Notes: generated by a model not told the origin, from the letters alone. Shown: positions 50,236 to 59,640, counted from the first letter of the stretch. The stretch is 64,000 nucleotides of DNA from Lentisphaerota bacterium (GCA_016873655.1 VGWI01000004.1:160-64159), one strand, 5' to 3'. Translations and numbers: made by a program.

Positions 50236-50865
50236 ATGGATCGAATTGCCAGGACAAGGATTGTACCCGCCGCCACAGTGGAGAACACCGACCAGGCCCT
50301 GAAACTGGCCGGCGCGCTGATGGATGGCGGTCTGGATATCGTTGAATTCACGTTCAGAACCGAGGCAGCCGGGAAGGCGATCGCCGCGGTGGCGCGGGAG
50401 TTCCCTGACATGCTCGTGGGGGCCGGGACTGTTCTCAATGAAGACCAGGTTCGCCGGTCTGTTGACGCCGGGGCCGGGTTTGCGGTTGCTCCGGGACTGA
50501 ATCCCAAGGTTGCTGAGTTGGCCAGGCGGATGGGGCTTTCCTTCATCCCGGGCGTCGCTACGCCGACGGAGATCGAGGCGGCGATGGCGCTCGGTATCAA
50601 GCTCCTGAAGTTCTTTCCTGCCGAGAACCTGGGCGGAATGAAGATGCTGAGCGCACTTTCCGGGCCTTACGGGCACACTGGCATCAAGTTTCTGCCCACC
50701 GGCGGAATCGGGGCTTCGAACGCCAGGGACTACCTCGCTTTGCCCATAGTCGCTGCCGTTGGCGGTTCCTGGATGGTCGCAAAGGAACTGGTCAAGGCTG
50801 GCGACTGGGCGAAAATAACGGCCCTTTCACGCGATGCGGTTGCGATGGTCGCGGCGTTGCGATAG
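50236..50865 (+). CDS. eda: KDPG/KHG aldolase
   Basis: EFTFRT, GAGTV, PGVATPTE, KFFPAE, PTGGI, VGGSW. Confidence 0.93.
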   Translation: MDRIARTRIVPAATVENTDQALKLAGALMDGGLDIVEFTFRTEAAGKAIAAVAREFPDMLVGAGTVLNEDQVRRSVDAGAGFAVAPGLNPKVAELARRMGLSFIPGVATPTEIEAAMALGIKLLKFFPAENLGGMKMLSALSGPYGHTGIKFLPTGGIGASNARDYLALPIVAAVGGSWMVAKELVKAGDWAKITALSRDAVAMVAALR

Positions 50866-50939
50866 GGCGATGCAGGAAGAACAGCGGCAGGATGCCCGCG
50901 CCAGAGTCGGCATTCTGCCGGGGCGGCGTTCGCCGTCTG

Positions 50940-51107
50940 TCAGCCCCTGGACTCTTCCCGGTTCCGCCTCTTGAGGTCTCCCGCCGCGATGCGGTCCTTG
51001 TTCAGGTCGGCGACGGCGACGACCAGGCCCCCGGGATGTTACGCGAACTGCTTGACGTGCCCCTTGCCCATGCCAAGGCCGATTACGGCGACCTTCAGTT
51101 TCTCCAT
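50940..51107 (-). pseudogene. Gfo/Idh/MocA N-terminal remnant with an in-frame stop
   Basis: MEKLKVAVIGLGMGKGHVKQFA*HPGGLVVAVADLNKDRI...: the Rossmann start reads through TAA at 51039-51041 and then ends abruptly. Confidence 0.7.
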
Positions 51108-51187
51108 GTTCCAGCCTTTCGGAATGAACGCGCCCCGCCTCTTGCCGGCGGCAATGGGGAGTGAAAGTAGTTTATTAGTACCGATAT

Positions 51188-51655
51188 TCAAGAGCGAACC
51201 GGCGCGGCCGGCGGCTCGAGCAGTATGGTGCGGCCATGGCCGTCCGGCGGCACGGAGAAGCGGATTCTGACGGCCGAAGCCGGGATCAGGTCGCCGGCCC
51301 GCTCGGCCCATTCAATCGCGGTGACGCCGCTCGAAAAGATGTACTCCTCCAGGCCAAGCGCGAGCGCCTCGTCGGGACTGGAGATGCGATAGAGGTCCAC
51401 ATGGTACAGCGGGCGTCCGGGGCCGCGATACTCGTTGGCTATAGTGAATGTGGGGCTCGTGACAAGCCTTCCAATGCCCAGCGCCCTTGCGAGTCCCTGC
51501 GTGAAGCATGTTTTGCCGCTGCCGAGGTCGCCGGAGAGCGCCACCACGAGCGGCCCGGTCATCCGGGTCACGAGCAGCGATGCAAGCGCATGCGTCGTGG
51601 AAGTGTCAGGGCTGAGGAACGGCTGGTTCCACGGTATCTGCGCCGGACGTGTCAT
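51188..51655 (-). CDS. tsaE: tRNA threonylcarbamoyladenosine biosynthesis ATPase TsaE
   Basis: GDLGSGKT, SPTFTI, H.DLYR, IEWAE. Confidence 0.93.
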   Translation of the reverse strand: MTRPAQIPWNQPFLSPDTSTTHALASLLVTRMTGPLVVALSGDLGSGKTCFTQGLARALGIGRLVTSPTFTIANEYRGPGRPLYHVDLYRISSPDEALALGLEEYIFSSGVTAIEWAERAGDLIPASAVRIRFSVPPDGHGRTILLEPPAAPVRS

Positions 51656-52614
51656 GGCCTGTCGCCTCTCCGGAAATGATCGAAATGGGAACAACCGGGA
51701 ACGGGTGTGCTGCCGCCTTTGCCGGAAAGGATCAGGTTTCCCTTGTTGGCGGTAATGCGTCCGATGCGGGTGCAAGGCAGGCTGAACATGGCGTGCCAGC
51801 GGGCGTCGAAAGCGTCGGCCTCTTCCGCGGGCAAAGTGAACAGAAGCTCGAAATCCTCTCCGTCGTGGAGCGCGTGCTCGACCGGCGAGAGTCCATCGGC
51901 GGCCTGCGCGGCGGCGGGAGAAACGGGAATCAAGTCCTGCTCGATCACCGCCCCGACGCCGCTCATCTCGAGTATATGCATCATGTCCCGCGCAAGGCCG
52001 TCGCTGACGTCTATCGCGGAGGTGACGATTCCGGACTCCCGCAGCCAGATGCCTTCCCTGACGCGCGGTTCGAAGGAGAGATGGCGGCCGGCGATGCTGC
52101 ATCCCAGTGAGCCGGTCACATAGACGGCATCGCCCGTCCCGGCGCCGGACCGGAGCAGCGCGCGCCCGGCGGGCACGCGTCCAACGGCGAAGATGTGCAG
52201 GGCAAGGTCCGATGAGCGCGCCGTATCGCCGCCCACAATGGCGAGTCCGTGGCGCGCGGCAAGGCCGGCGGCGCCGTCGTAGACCGCTTCCACGAATGCT
52301 GCTGGCGTATCCGGCGGCGCGGAAAGATCAATCAACGCCCAGTCCGGTTCCGCACCCATCGCGGCAAGATCGCTCAGGGCGCGGCCGGCAACCTTGTGGC
52401 CAACCGACCGGGGATCGGAGTCGGGCAGGAAGTGGGTTCCCTGTATCACCGCGTCGGAGGTCAGCACGAGATCGAACGCGGAGTCTGGCGTCGGCCTAAC
52501 GACAGCGGCATCGTCGCCGATGCCGGTCACGACGCCGCGGGCCGGACCGAGCCTGCCGGCAAGGCGGCGGATAAGTTCGAGTTCTCCTACGTCGGCGAGA
52601 AGACCTTTACTCAT
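51652..52614 (-). CDS. thiL: Thiamine-monophosphate kinase
   Basis: GIGDDAA, THF, SDLAAMGA.P, GGDT, IDVSDGL, GEDFELLFT. Confidence 0.93.
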   Translation of the reverse strand: MSKGLLADVGELELIRRLAGRLGPARGVVTGIGDDAAVVRPTPDSAFDLVLTSDAVIQGTHFLPDSDPRSVGHKVAGRALSDLAAMGAEPDWALIDLSAPPDTPAAFVEAVYDGAAGLAARHGLAIVGGDTARSSDLALHIFAVGRVPAGRALLRSGAGTGDAVYVTGSLGCSIAGRHLSFEPRVREGIWLRESGIVTSAIDVSDGLARDMMHILEMSGVGAVIEQDLIPVSPAAAQAADGLSPVEHALHDGEDFELLFTLPAEEADAFDARWHAMFSLPCTRIGRITANKGNLILSGKGGSTPVPGCSHFDHFRRGDRP

Positions 52615-53698
52615 GACGGGTGGTATTGTCCAGACGCGGCAGCGTCGGGGCAAGCAGGTTCCGCAGTTCTGACTCGGCGTCGCGTGCAGTGAACCGTGCC
52701 ACCCTCTCGCACTGTCCGCGCAGCACGGAACGGCGCAGCGGTGTCTCGCCGGCCAGCAGCCCCATCATTTCCGCAACGGCGGCGAAGTCCTTCTTCCTGA
52801 AGATGACCCCGGCACCGTCCATCGTTTCCGGCACCGCCCCGGCCTCGAAAGCGAGAACCGGCACGCCCGCCTTCATCGCTTCAAGCAGCGGGATACAGAA
52901 GCCTTCGTGTTCGCTCATGCAGACAAAGACCGACGCCGCGGCGTAGCATGCGTTGAGTTCCTCCTGCGGGATCGAGCCGGTGAAGAGCACGTTGCCGATG
53001 CCGGCCTCGCGGGCGGCCGCCCTGACATAGGCCGCGTACCTCTCGGTTCCGGCGTAGGAACCGGCGTGCACCAGGCGGGCGTCGGGGTCAACGAAACGCT
53101 GGAAGAAGGCGAACGCGGTGATGACATCCTCGATCTTCTTGTTCGGCGCGCCTCTTCCGACGAACAGGACATTGGTGCGGCCGTCGGCGAGGGCGCGGAG
53201 CATGCCGGGGGAGGTGCGGTCGAGACTCTCGAGTTCCAGGGCCAGGGGGAACACGCTCACGTCTCCGTAGCCCATCTCCCGGAGTTCGGCGGCGTTGAAG
53301 GCGCTGTCCGCAAGAACGATGTGCGCCGCGCCGGAGAGGGCGCACGCCTGGCGGCGTCCGAGCTCGAGGTTGGCCGCTGTTGACTGGTTGATCAGTCTGA
53401 AGAAGGACGATGGCGTTATGTTGTGGTAGAGGAGCACACGCCGGCAGGGCAGGACCTGGAACAGGTCGTTGGCGGGCGATCCGATTGACAGATGCAGAAG
53501 TGCGATGTCTTCCGGCGCGCATCGCAGGCCGGCGAGATCGCGGGCATCGCCCCTGAGCTCAGGCAGTATCCGGCGGGTCTCGCAGTAGATATCGGAGGCG
53601 AATCCCCAGCGCCGGAACATATCGCGCAGCACGCGCGCCTCGTTGCTGATGGCATCGCTCTTCGCGTAACCTGCCACGAGCTGGTGAATCGAAGGCAT
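52607..53698 (-). CDS. Glycosyltransferase family 4
   Basis: YHNITP, FVGR.APNK, SEHEGFCIPLLEAM. Confidence 0.9.
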   Translation of the reverse strand: MPSIHQLVAGYAKSDAISNEARVLRDMFRRWGFASDIYCETRRILPELRGDARDLAGLRCAPEDIALLHLSIGSPANDLFQVLPCRRVLLYHNITPSSFFRLINQSTAANLELGRRQACALSGAAHIVLADSAFNAAELREMGYGDVSVFPLALELESLDRTSPGMLRALADGRTNVLFVGRGAPNKKIEDVITAFAFFQRFVDPDARLVHAGSYAGTERYAAYVRAAAREAGIGNVLFTGSIPQEELNACYAAASVFVCMSEHEGFCIPLLEAMKAGVPVLAFEAGAVPETMDGAGVIFRKKDFAAVAEMMGLLAGETPLRRSVLRGQCERVARFTARDAESELRNLLAPTLPRLDNTTRHE

Positions 53699-53727
53699 AG
53701 TCAACGGCTCTCCGGCCTCCGGCGTCC

Positions 53728-55182
53728 TCACCGCGCTTCCGCGCCGCAGCCGTGTGTCGCGGACGGCCGCGACGCTTCGCCGGCAAGCTTCTCGCGTACA
53801 TTATCGTCGGTGGGATCGGCGGCAAGACTCTTCTTCCAGCATTCGGCGGCATCTTCCCTCCTGCCGAGTGCATCGTAGACGTCGCCGAGGTGGTCAAGGA
53901 CCACCGGATCCTCCGGCAGCAGCGCGGCCGCCTTCAGCATCAGCTCGAGGGCCTCCCCGAACTTGCCCTCCCGGTAAGCCACCCATGCGAGCGTGTCCAC
54001 GTATGCCCCGTTTGCCGGTTCGAGTTCGAGTGCGTGTTCCACGAGCCTCCTTGCTTCTCCAAGGTTGATGCCGGCGTCGGCCCACATGTAGGCGAGGTAG
54101 TTCAGAATGGCGTGGTCGTCAGGGTACTTCTCCAGCCCGCGCCGGAACACCTCCTCGGCCTGGCGGTGTTCTCCGGCCTGTTCGCATGCGGAACCGAAGT
54201 GGAGGTAGAAAGCACTGGTGAGTGGCTTTTCCGGTGATGAGGCGGCGACCTGTTCGGCCAGCCGGAACGATTCCACCGCTTCCTCAAGTTTGCCGTCCTG
54301 CATCTGGAAAACGGCCACCGAGAGCAGAATCGTCTGGTCGCCGGGCATGCGGGCGAGGGCGCGGGACAGGGTGCCGGCTGCCTTGTCCCGGTCGGTCCCG
54401 CGCTGGAGCAGGGCGAGGTTGACGAAGGCGTCTGGCCTTGGCGCGGCGCTGCGGGTGACAGTGTCGAGATGGCGGATTGCCGCATCCTTGTCGCCCATAT
54501 CCTCGTAAAGCCCGGCCAGGAGCATCCTGATATCGTTTTCGTTTTCGGGCGAGTCGGGCAGAAGAAACTCAAAGCACGCCGCGGCCCGGCTAATCTCCCT
54601 CGCGGAAACGAAGTCGGCCGCCATCCTGTAGCAGAATGAGACCAGAGTTTGCGGGTTGGATGCCTTCTTCCGGCCGTCAGAAATCGCTTCCAGCGCTTCC
54701 TGGTCGCGTTTCGCTGAGAAGAGGACGCGGACAAGCTGAATGTGCAGAACATCGTACTGCGGTGCGATCTCGACCGCTTTCCGGTAGTGCCTTACCGCGT
54801 CGTCCGTTCTGCCGGCGGCCTCGCATGCGACTGCCAGATCCGCGCGCGCAAGGCTTCGCGGTTCGCGTTTGCAGGCTTGTTCGAGGAGGCTGATCGCCTC
54901 GTCCATCCTGCCGGTGCGCAAGAGCGCGGCAGCCGCCCTTGCCGTCACACGGTAGGCGTCCGGGTCCAGCTCGTGAGCTCGGACCAGCATGTCGGCTGCG
55001 TCGTCCGACTGCAACCCGCCGTCCGCTTCCCTGACCGCCGCGGTTGCGTAGAGGGCGAGCGCCCTCGCCGTTGCGAGTTCGGAATCGTCAAGCCGCGGGG
55101 AGGTCCGGCGCATGGAAGCGCACGAAGCTGCCAGGGCTGCAATGAAAACAAGAACCGGCGTGCAATGGGCGAGCCGGGACAC
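53728..55182 (-). CDS. TPR-repeat (lipo)protein
   Basis: Possible lipobox LAAS|C; many TPR helices; LNYLAY.WA, AYVDTLAW, DHLGD.Y. Start placed at GTG 55182 because a small gene occupies 55226-55315. Confidence 0.85.
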   Translation of the reverse strand: MSRLAHCTPVLVFIAALAASCASMRRTSPRLDDSELATARALALYATAAVREADGGLQSDDAADMLVRAHELDPDAYRVTARAAAALLRTGRMDEAISLLEQACKREPRSLARADLAVACEAAGRTDDAVRHYRKAVEIAPQYDVLHIQLVRVLFSAKRDQEALEAISDGRKKASNPQTLVSFCYRMAADFVSAREISRAAACFEFLLPDSPENENDIRMLLAGLYEDMGDKDAAIRHLDTVTRSAAPRPDAFVNLALLQRGTDRDKAAGTLSRALARMPGDQTILLSVAVFQMQDGKLEEAVESFRLAEQVAASSPEKPLTSAFYLHFGSACEQAGEHRQAEEVFRRGLEKYPDDHAILNYLAYMWADAGINLGEARRLVEHALELEPANGAYVDTLAWVAYREGKFGEALELMLKAAALLPEDPVVLDHLGDVYDALGRREDAAECWKKSLAADPTDDNVREKLAGEASRPSATHGCGAEAR

Positions 55183-55225
55183 GGGAACCCGAGTGCCGCG
55201 CCATGCATGCGGCGCGGCGCGGGCT

Positions 55226-55315
55226 CTACTTGTTCTTGTGACGCAAAGCACGCTGCCGTTTCCGGTACTTGTGCTTGGACATCTTCTTCGTGCGCTTCTT
55301 CTTGATGCTGCCCAC
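55226..55315 (-). CDS. Small basic protein of the bS22/AURKAIP1/COX24 (mS38-like) family, 29 aa
   Basis: GTG-start MGSIKKKRTKKMSKHKYRKRQRALRHKNK* with a strong AAGGAGG RBS; below the ORF-track length cutoff. Confidence 0.85.
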   Translation of the reverse strand: MGSIKKKRTKKMSKHKYRKRQRALRHKNK

Positions 55316-55363
55316 GGCGTATCCCTCCTTGTTGGTCCTGTGCCCGTGCCGGCGTGTGCCGGC

Positions 55364-56236
55364 CTAAGCGATTATCTTGTTGATCGGCAGTTCGACGATC
55401 CCTTCCGCGCCGACTTCCTTGAGCCGCGGAATTATCTCCCTTACCGTATTCTCGTCTATAACGGTCTCGACCGCCACCCAATCGCCCTGCGCAAGGCCGC
55501 TGACAGTCGGCGCGTGCAGGGACGGGAGCATGTCCGTCACCCTGCCCACGAGCCCCGTCGGTACGTTCATCTTCAGCAGGACCTTGTGCTCGGCGGCGAG
55601 CGCGCCCTTGAGCAGGAGAGCCAGACGCTCGATCTTGCAGCGCTTCCACTGGTCAGCCCATGCCGCCCGGCCCGCGATCATCCGCGTGGTTGACTGCAGG
55701 ACTTCCTCCACGATGCGGAGCTTGTTCGCGCGCAGGGATGAACCGGTTTCGGTAAGTTCCACGATCGCGTCAACCAGATCCGGCGCCTTCGCCTCGGTGG
55801 CGCCCCAAGAGAATTCGATGTCGGCAGTCACGCCTCGCTCTTCGAGGAAGCGGCGGGTAAGGCCGACGGCCTCGGTTGCTATGCGCTTGCCCTGCAGGTC
55901 TTCCACGCGGCGGATGGCAGAATCTTCCGGCACGGCAAGAACCCATCGGACGGGGCGGAAGCCCTGCTTGGCATAGAGCAGCTCGCAGACCTCGTGCACG
56001 TCGGACCCGTTCTCCACCACCCAGTCATGTCCGGTGATGCCGGCGTCGAGGACGCCGAGTTCGACATAGCGGCTTATCTCCTGCGCCCGCAGAAGCCTTG
56101 CCTCTATCTCGGGATCATCCACGTCCGGCGCGTAGGACCGCGATGTGGCCTTAACGGTGTAGCCGGCCTTCTGCATTATTGCGAAGGTCGTTTCCTGGAG
56201 GCTGCCCTTGGGCAGGCCTAGAACAAGCTTCTTCAT
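55364..56236 (-). CDS. hisG: ATP phosphoribosyltransferase (long form)
   Basis: LPKGSL, RAQEI, DAGITG.D, SWGATE, ETGSSL..N.L, C-terminal regulatory domain P....PTV. Confidence 0.95.
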   Translation of the reverse strand: MKKLVLGLPKGSLQETTFAIMQKAGYTVKATSRSYAPDVDDPEIEARLLRAQEISRYVELGVLDAGITGHDWVVENGSDVHEVCELLYAKQGFRPVRWVLAVPEDSAIRRVEDLQGKRIATEAVGLTRRFLEERGVTADIEFSWGATEAKAPDLVDAIVELTETGSSLRANKLRIVEEVLQSTTRMIAGRAAWADQWKRCKIERLALLLKGALAAEHKVLLKMNVPTGLVGRVTDMLPSLHAPTVSGLAQGDWVAVETVIDENTVREIIPRLKEVGAEGIVELPINKIIA

Positions 56237-56332
56237 CTTCCCCCTGCATTCCTTCCAGTGAATTGGAGCGGCGACATTATGCAGATTCCGGCCTGTTAGT
56301 CCACCCGTAATGCGGGCCGGCATGGGGAACAG

Positions 56333-56456
56333 TGATGTCTTCCTGTAGCCTCGGCACGCCAGCCTTCGCTTGCTGTTGAGACGGCGAGCTACGGCTCGGC
56401 ACGCCAGGGCCGCGTTGCCGAGGGGAGGGGCGCGCCCCTGCGTGGCGCGGCTACAG
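56333..56456. repeat. ~124 bp GTAG-type REP doublet (REPIN/BIME-like), copy 1
   Basis: Near-identical to 60242-60364; ends in GGCGCGCCCCTGCGTGGCGCGGCTACAG (reverse: GTAG + CGCGCC..GGCGCG hairpin). Confidence 0.8.
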
Positions 56457-56471
56457 ATAGGGAATCAAGAC

Positions 56472-56548
56472 TGGTGGGCGATACAGGACTCGAACCTGTG
56501 ACATTCACGGTGTAAACGTGACGCTCTAACCAACTGAGCTAATCGCCC
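56472..56548 (-). tRNA. tRNA-Val(TAC)
   Basis: GGGCGAT/ATCGCCC acceptor stem, TCACG-TTTACAC-CGTGA anticodon arm, GGTTCGAGTCC T-loop, encoded CCA. Confidence 0.95.
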
Positions 56549-56561
56549 CGGGAATGCGCGG

Positions 56562-56590
56562 AGAATACACGAGCCGGTCAGCCCCTTCAA
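56562..56590 (-). promoter_or_regulatory. Sigma70-type promoter for tRNA-Val
   Basis: TTGAAG-17 bp-TATTCT on the minus strand. Confidence 0.6.
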
Positions 56591-56660
56591 GAGTTGCGGC
56601 GTGGCGAACCGATCTGTTACGTTGCGCCCATTCGCAGGCTGCGGGAAGGCCGGGAAAATC

Positions 56661-57302
56661 ATGACTTCGACGGGAACGGATTCGAGACTGAAGCTGGCTG
56701 TGCTGGGGTCAGGGCGGGGCACGAATCTGCAATCAATCATGGACGCCTGCGCGGGAGGCGCGATTCCCGTCCAAGTGGTCTGCGTGCTCTCCGACGTGAA
56801 GGATGCATACATTCTCGAGAGAGCCCGGCATGGCGGAATACCGGCGGAATTCGTGGATGCCGGGCCTTTTCGGACGAAACTCGAGGGGGCGGGTGAGAAG
56901 CGCTACATTGAGCGGTTGCGTCACTACGGGGCGGAGGCTGTGGCGCTGGCGGGCTTCATGCGTATCGTGAAGCGTGGGTTGCTGGATGCTTTCCGGGGCA
57001 GGATACTGAACATACACCCCGCCCTTCTGCCTGCGTTCCCGGGGCTGGAGTCATGGAAACAGGCGCTTGACTACGGGGCCAAGGTGGCGGGCTGCACGGT
57101 GCATCTTGTGGACGAGGGGACAGACACCGGACCGATAGTTGTGCAGCGCGCCGTGCCGGTTCTTGAAGACGACACACCCGAAACGCTTCACGCCCGCATA
57201 CAGGAACAGGAACACATCGCATACCCGGAGGCCCTTCGCGCTCTTGCCTCGCGCCGGGTCAGAATCGAAGGAAGGCGCGTGCGGATGGGACAGAAGGCCT
57301 GA
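56661..57302 (+). CDS. purN: Phosphoribosylglycinamide formyltransferase
   Basis: SGRGTNLQ, LAGFMRI, LNIHP.LLP.FPG, GCTVH.V....DTGPI, EH..YP. Confidence 0.95.
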   Translation: MTSTGTDSRLKLAVLGSGRGTNLQSIMDACAGGAIPVQVVCVLSDVKDAYILERARHGGIPAEFVDAGPFRTKLEGAGEKRYIERLRHYGAEAVALAGFMRIVKRGLLDAFRGRILNIHPALLPAFPGLESWKQALDYGAKVAGCTVHLVDEGTDTGPIVVQRAVPVLEDDTPETLHARIQEQEHIAYPEALRALASRRVRIEGRRVRMGQKA

Positions 57303-57449
57303 GCGACGGAATCAGCGCTGAGATTCTGTGTGGGTTGCGGTGGTCGTGGAATGTCACGCCACAATGGGACGCTCAATAGGTCCACGGATCGCTCTTCCTG
57401 CCCTCGCTTCACCGGCCTTCGTCCGCTGACGCAGGACTACGCCGCGGGT

Positions 57450-57504
57450 TGGAGCCGGGGCGACTGCGCCCCGGTTCTTCCGGCCTGAGGTCGGGCTGGC
57501 TCCA
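57450..57504. repeat. Palindromic intergenic repeat, family 2, copy 1
   Basis: TGGAGCCGGGGCG...CGCCCCGGTTCT.CCGGCC.G.GGTCGGGC.GGCTCCA; related copies at 60152-60186, 60445-60500 and 62173-62227. Confidence 0.7.
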
Positions 57505-57535
57505 GGAGGTCGTCGCGCTTTGGCGCGGCGGAAGG

Positions 57536-58525
57536 TCAGTCCCGTTCCGGGTCGGGGCCGGTGCTTTCCGCCAGCCAGGCTTCTTCCGATTCGTGGACGC
57601 AGCCGGGGTTGCGGCAGTACTTCACGCGCCTGTCGTATCGGATGGAAATGAACGCCCTGCGGCATGCCCTGCAACGGCGCACGTGCGGACGGGCCACGAT
57701 AAGGCGCTTCAGCAGCGGGAGCGAATTCGCGCCGTCCGGCGGGAATTCGGCCTGATCGAACTCGGGTTCGGCGAGCCTCTCGCCGGCGATCGGCTTCATC
57801 CATTCAGAGCAATCCCAGCCCAGCATCTCCTGCAATCTGGCGATGTCGGGCGCGAAGGAGCGAAGCAGCCGCGCGCGGGTTTGGGGCGGCACCGGATCGT
57901 AGTTCTGGGAGAAAATGCTGCGGGGCTCAGGCATGTGCGCGCCGACATCCACTTCCAGGAACCCGTAAACGCGGCGCAGGACGTCGTGGTGCCGTCGCTG
58001 CAGGTCTTCGTTCTTGATGCAGAGAACCTGCGATTCAGGGAATACCGACAGGATACGTTCGATCTGAGGCGCGTAGAACCCCCGGTCAACGTAGGAGTGT
58101 ACGCGGTCCGGGAACGGCCAGACCGCGCGGCGACGGTCCTTCTCGATCCCGATTGCCTGTTCGAACGGCAGTTTCTCCGCGCCGCGCTTGAGTTCCATCT
58201 GGTAGTGCGACCACGCGCGGTCAACCGGGTTGCGCAACAGGATGATGAGCTTCATTTCGGGGTTGTAGGCGTGAATGCGCCGGGCCGTTGCCGGCCAGTA
58301 TGAGTAGGCGGGGGTTGTTTCGCCCGCGAAGCGTTTGCCGTCCATGTCGAAGCACCGGTGATAGATATCGAATGGAGGGGTCTTCCTGGCGAAGAACTCC
58401 TCGTGGTCGAAGAAATGGGTCTCGCGCTTGCGCGAGAGGGCGAGTTCCGGATGGCCGCGCAGGAACCCGGTAAGCGCCGTCGTGCCGCCTTTCTGGACTC
58501 CGGCTATGCAGAAGGCCGTTTTCAC
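57536..58525 (-). CDS. Sulfotransferase with a C-terminal Cys-cluster extension
   Basis: 5'-PSB GVQKGGTT, ETHFFD, 3'-PB LRNPVDRAWSHY, RGFY; tail CRAC...CRNPGC. Confidence 0.88.
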   Translation of the reverse strand: MKTAFCIAGVQKGGTTALTGFLRGHPELALSRKRETHFFDHEEFFARKTPPFDIYHRCFDMDGKRFAGETTPAYSYWPATARRIHAYNPEMKLIILLRNPVDRAWSHYQMELKRGAEKLPFEQAIGIEKDRRRAVWPFPDRVHSYVDRGFYAPQIERILSVFPESQVLCIKNEDLQRRHHDVLRRVYGFLEVDVGAHMPEPRSIFSQNYDPVPPQTRARLLRSFAPDIARLQEMLGWDCSEWMKPIAGERLAEPEFDQAEFPPDGANSLPLLKRLIVARPHVRRCRACRRAFISIRYDRRVKYCRNPGCVHESEEAWLAESTGPDPERD

Positions 58526-59640
58526 CGCGGCGATTCTCCGGGCTCTGCAAGAAGTGATGCCAGGTCCAGACTCTCAACCAGGCCGCGCAGGCGGGAGACC
58601 GCTTCGGCGGCCTGTGTTCCGGTGCGGATGGAGGACGATCCATCAGCCACGGCGGCGAGGATCGAGTCGCTCACCGCCGGGGAGAAGTGGGTGAGGTCTT
58701 TGTAGTTCGAGAAGTCGCATACCACGGATGCGTCGGCCTGAAAATCGAAGACACTGATGTTGGGGTGCGATATGAGCTCGGAGATCAGGAACGCCTTGAA
58801 CGCAAGGACGTCCTCAAGCCAGCCCTTTCGCCGCATGTCTTCCCAGGCAAGAATGGAGTAAGGAGGAAAGAAGACCGCGATATGGACATCCGACGACCGG
58901 TTGAGGAGCGGTCGGACGAAGCGTCGGTAGTTCCTTTTCAGAGCGTCCAGGCTGTGGGTTTCCGGCCTGTAGGAACGGTGGAAGGTGCCGCGCCGCCATT
59001 CAGCGAGAACCTGTTCGCGTCCGTATGTGTAGCGCCCGCCGGAAAACGCGAGGTTGTCCCAGTCAAAGTGCTCAGGCCACAGCCCGAACGCCCGGCCTAT
59101 CAGCGTCTTGACCGAGAGAACGGCGGCATCCGGGTCAAGGAGGTATCGGTAGTCGTCCCACGGCGTGTTGTTGTACAGGTGGGCCGGCATCCGGCTCAGT
59201 CCTGTATCATTGTCAGAAAACGAGTACACGTCCACGCCCCAGATGATTCGCCGGACCGTCGGCGCCGCAAGGGCAAGAGAGAGGATCGAGGCCTGTTCCT
59301 CGATGGTTGCTCCGTTCACGGCAACGTTGGCGGCCATGCCCGGGGAAGAAGCCTCAATCTGCGACGGACGTATGTCGCGCACCATGGATGTGCCTACAAC
59401 GACTGTTTCGCACGGACGGTGAGAGAGGAGTCCGGGGATTATGGATCGGATTGAGCGGAGGGTGCCCTTCAGGTAAGGCGGGCGACCGTGCCGTCCGTCG
59501 CGGTAGTGGAGGAGGGGGTCCACCGCAAAATTGAGCGCTGCTGCGGCGGCCGCCGTACCGAAGGTTACGGCCAGAACAATCGAGAACCACTTGCCGGGCG
59601 GCATGGCTTGCCGCACTTCCGAGCCGCAGTCAGGCGTCAT
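58522..59640 (-). CDS. Membrane-anchored SGNH-like protein (putative MBOAT partner, DltD/AlgJ-like role)
   Basis: N-terminal TM + N..VDP, GTS nucleophile-like motif, FFPPYS, YKD.TH (DxxH). Confidence 0.7.
   Translation of the reverse strand: MTPDCGSEVRQAMPPGKWFSIVLAVTFGTAAAAAALNFAVDPLLHYRDGRHGRPPYLKGTLRSIRSIIPGLLSHRPCETVVVGTSMVRDIRPSQIEASSPGMAANVAVNGATIEEQASILSLALAAPTVRRIIWGVDVYSFSDNDTGLSRMPAHLYNNTPWDDYRYLLDPDAAVLSVKTLIGRAFGLWPEHFDWDNLAFSGGRYTYGREQVLAEWRRGTFHRSYRPETHSLDALKRNYRRFVRPLLNRSSDVHIAVFFPPYSILAWEDMRRKGWLEDVLAFKAFLISELISHPNISVFDFQADASVVCDFSNYKDLTHFSPAVSDSILAAVADGSSSIRTGTQAAEAVSRLRGLVESLDLASLLAEPGESPR

Noticed and set aside
51039-51041. Stop-codon readthrough or recoding in the Gfo-like fragment
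   Set aside because: The codon is TAA and the frame ends about 32 codons later, so a pseudogene is the simpler explanation.
35465-56548. tRNA-anchored genomic island or prophage
   Set aside because: No integrase, no duplicated tRNA 3' end seen, and flanking genes are housekeeping.
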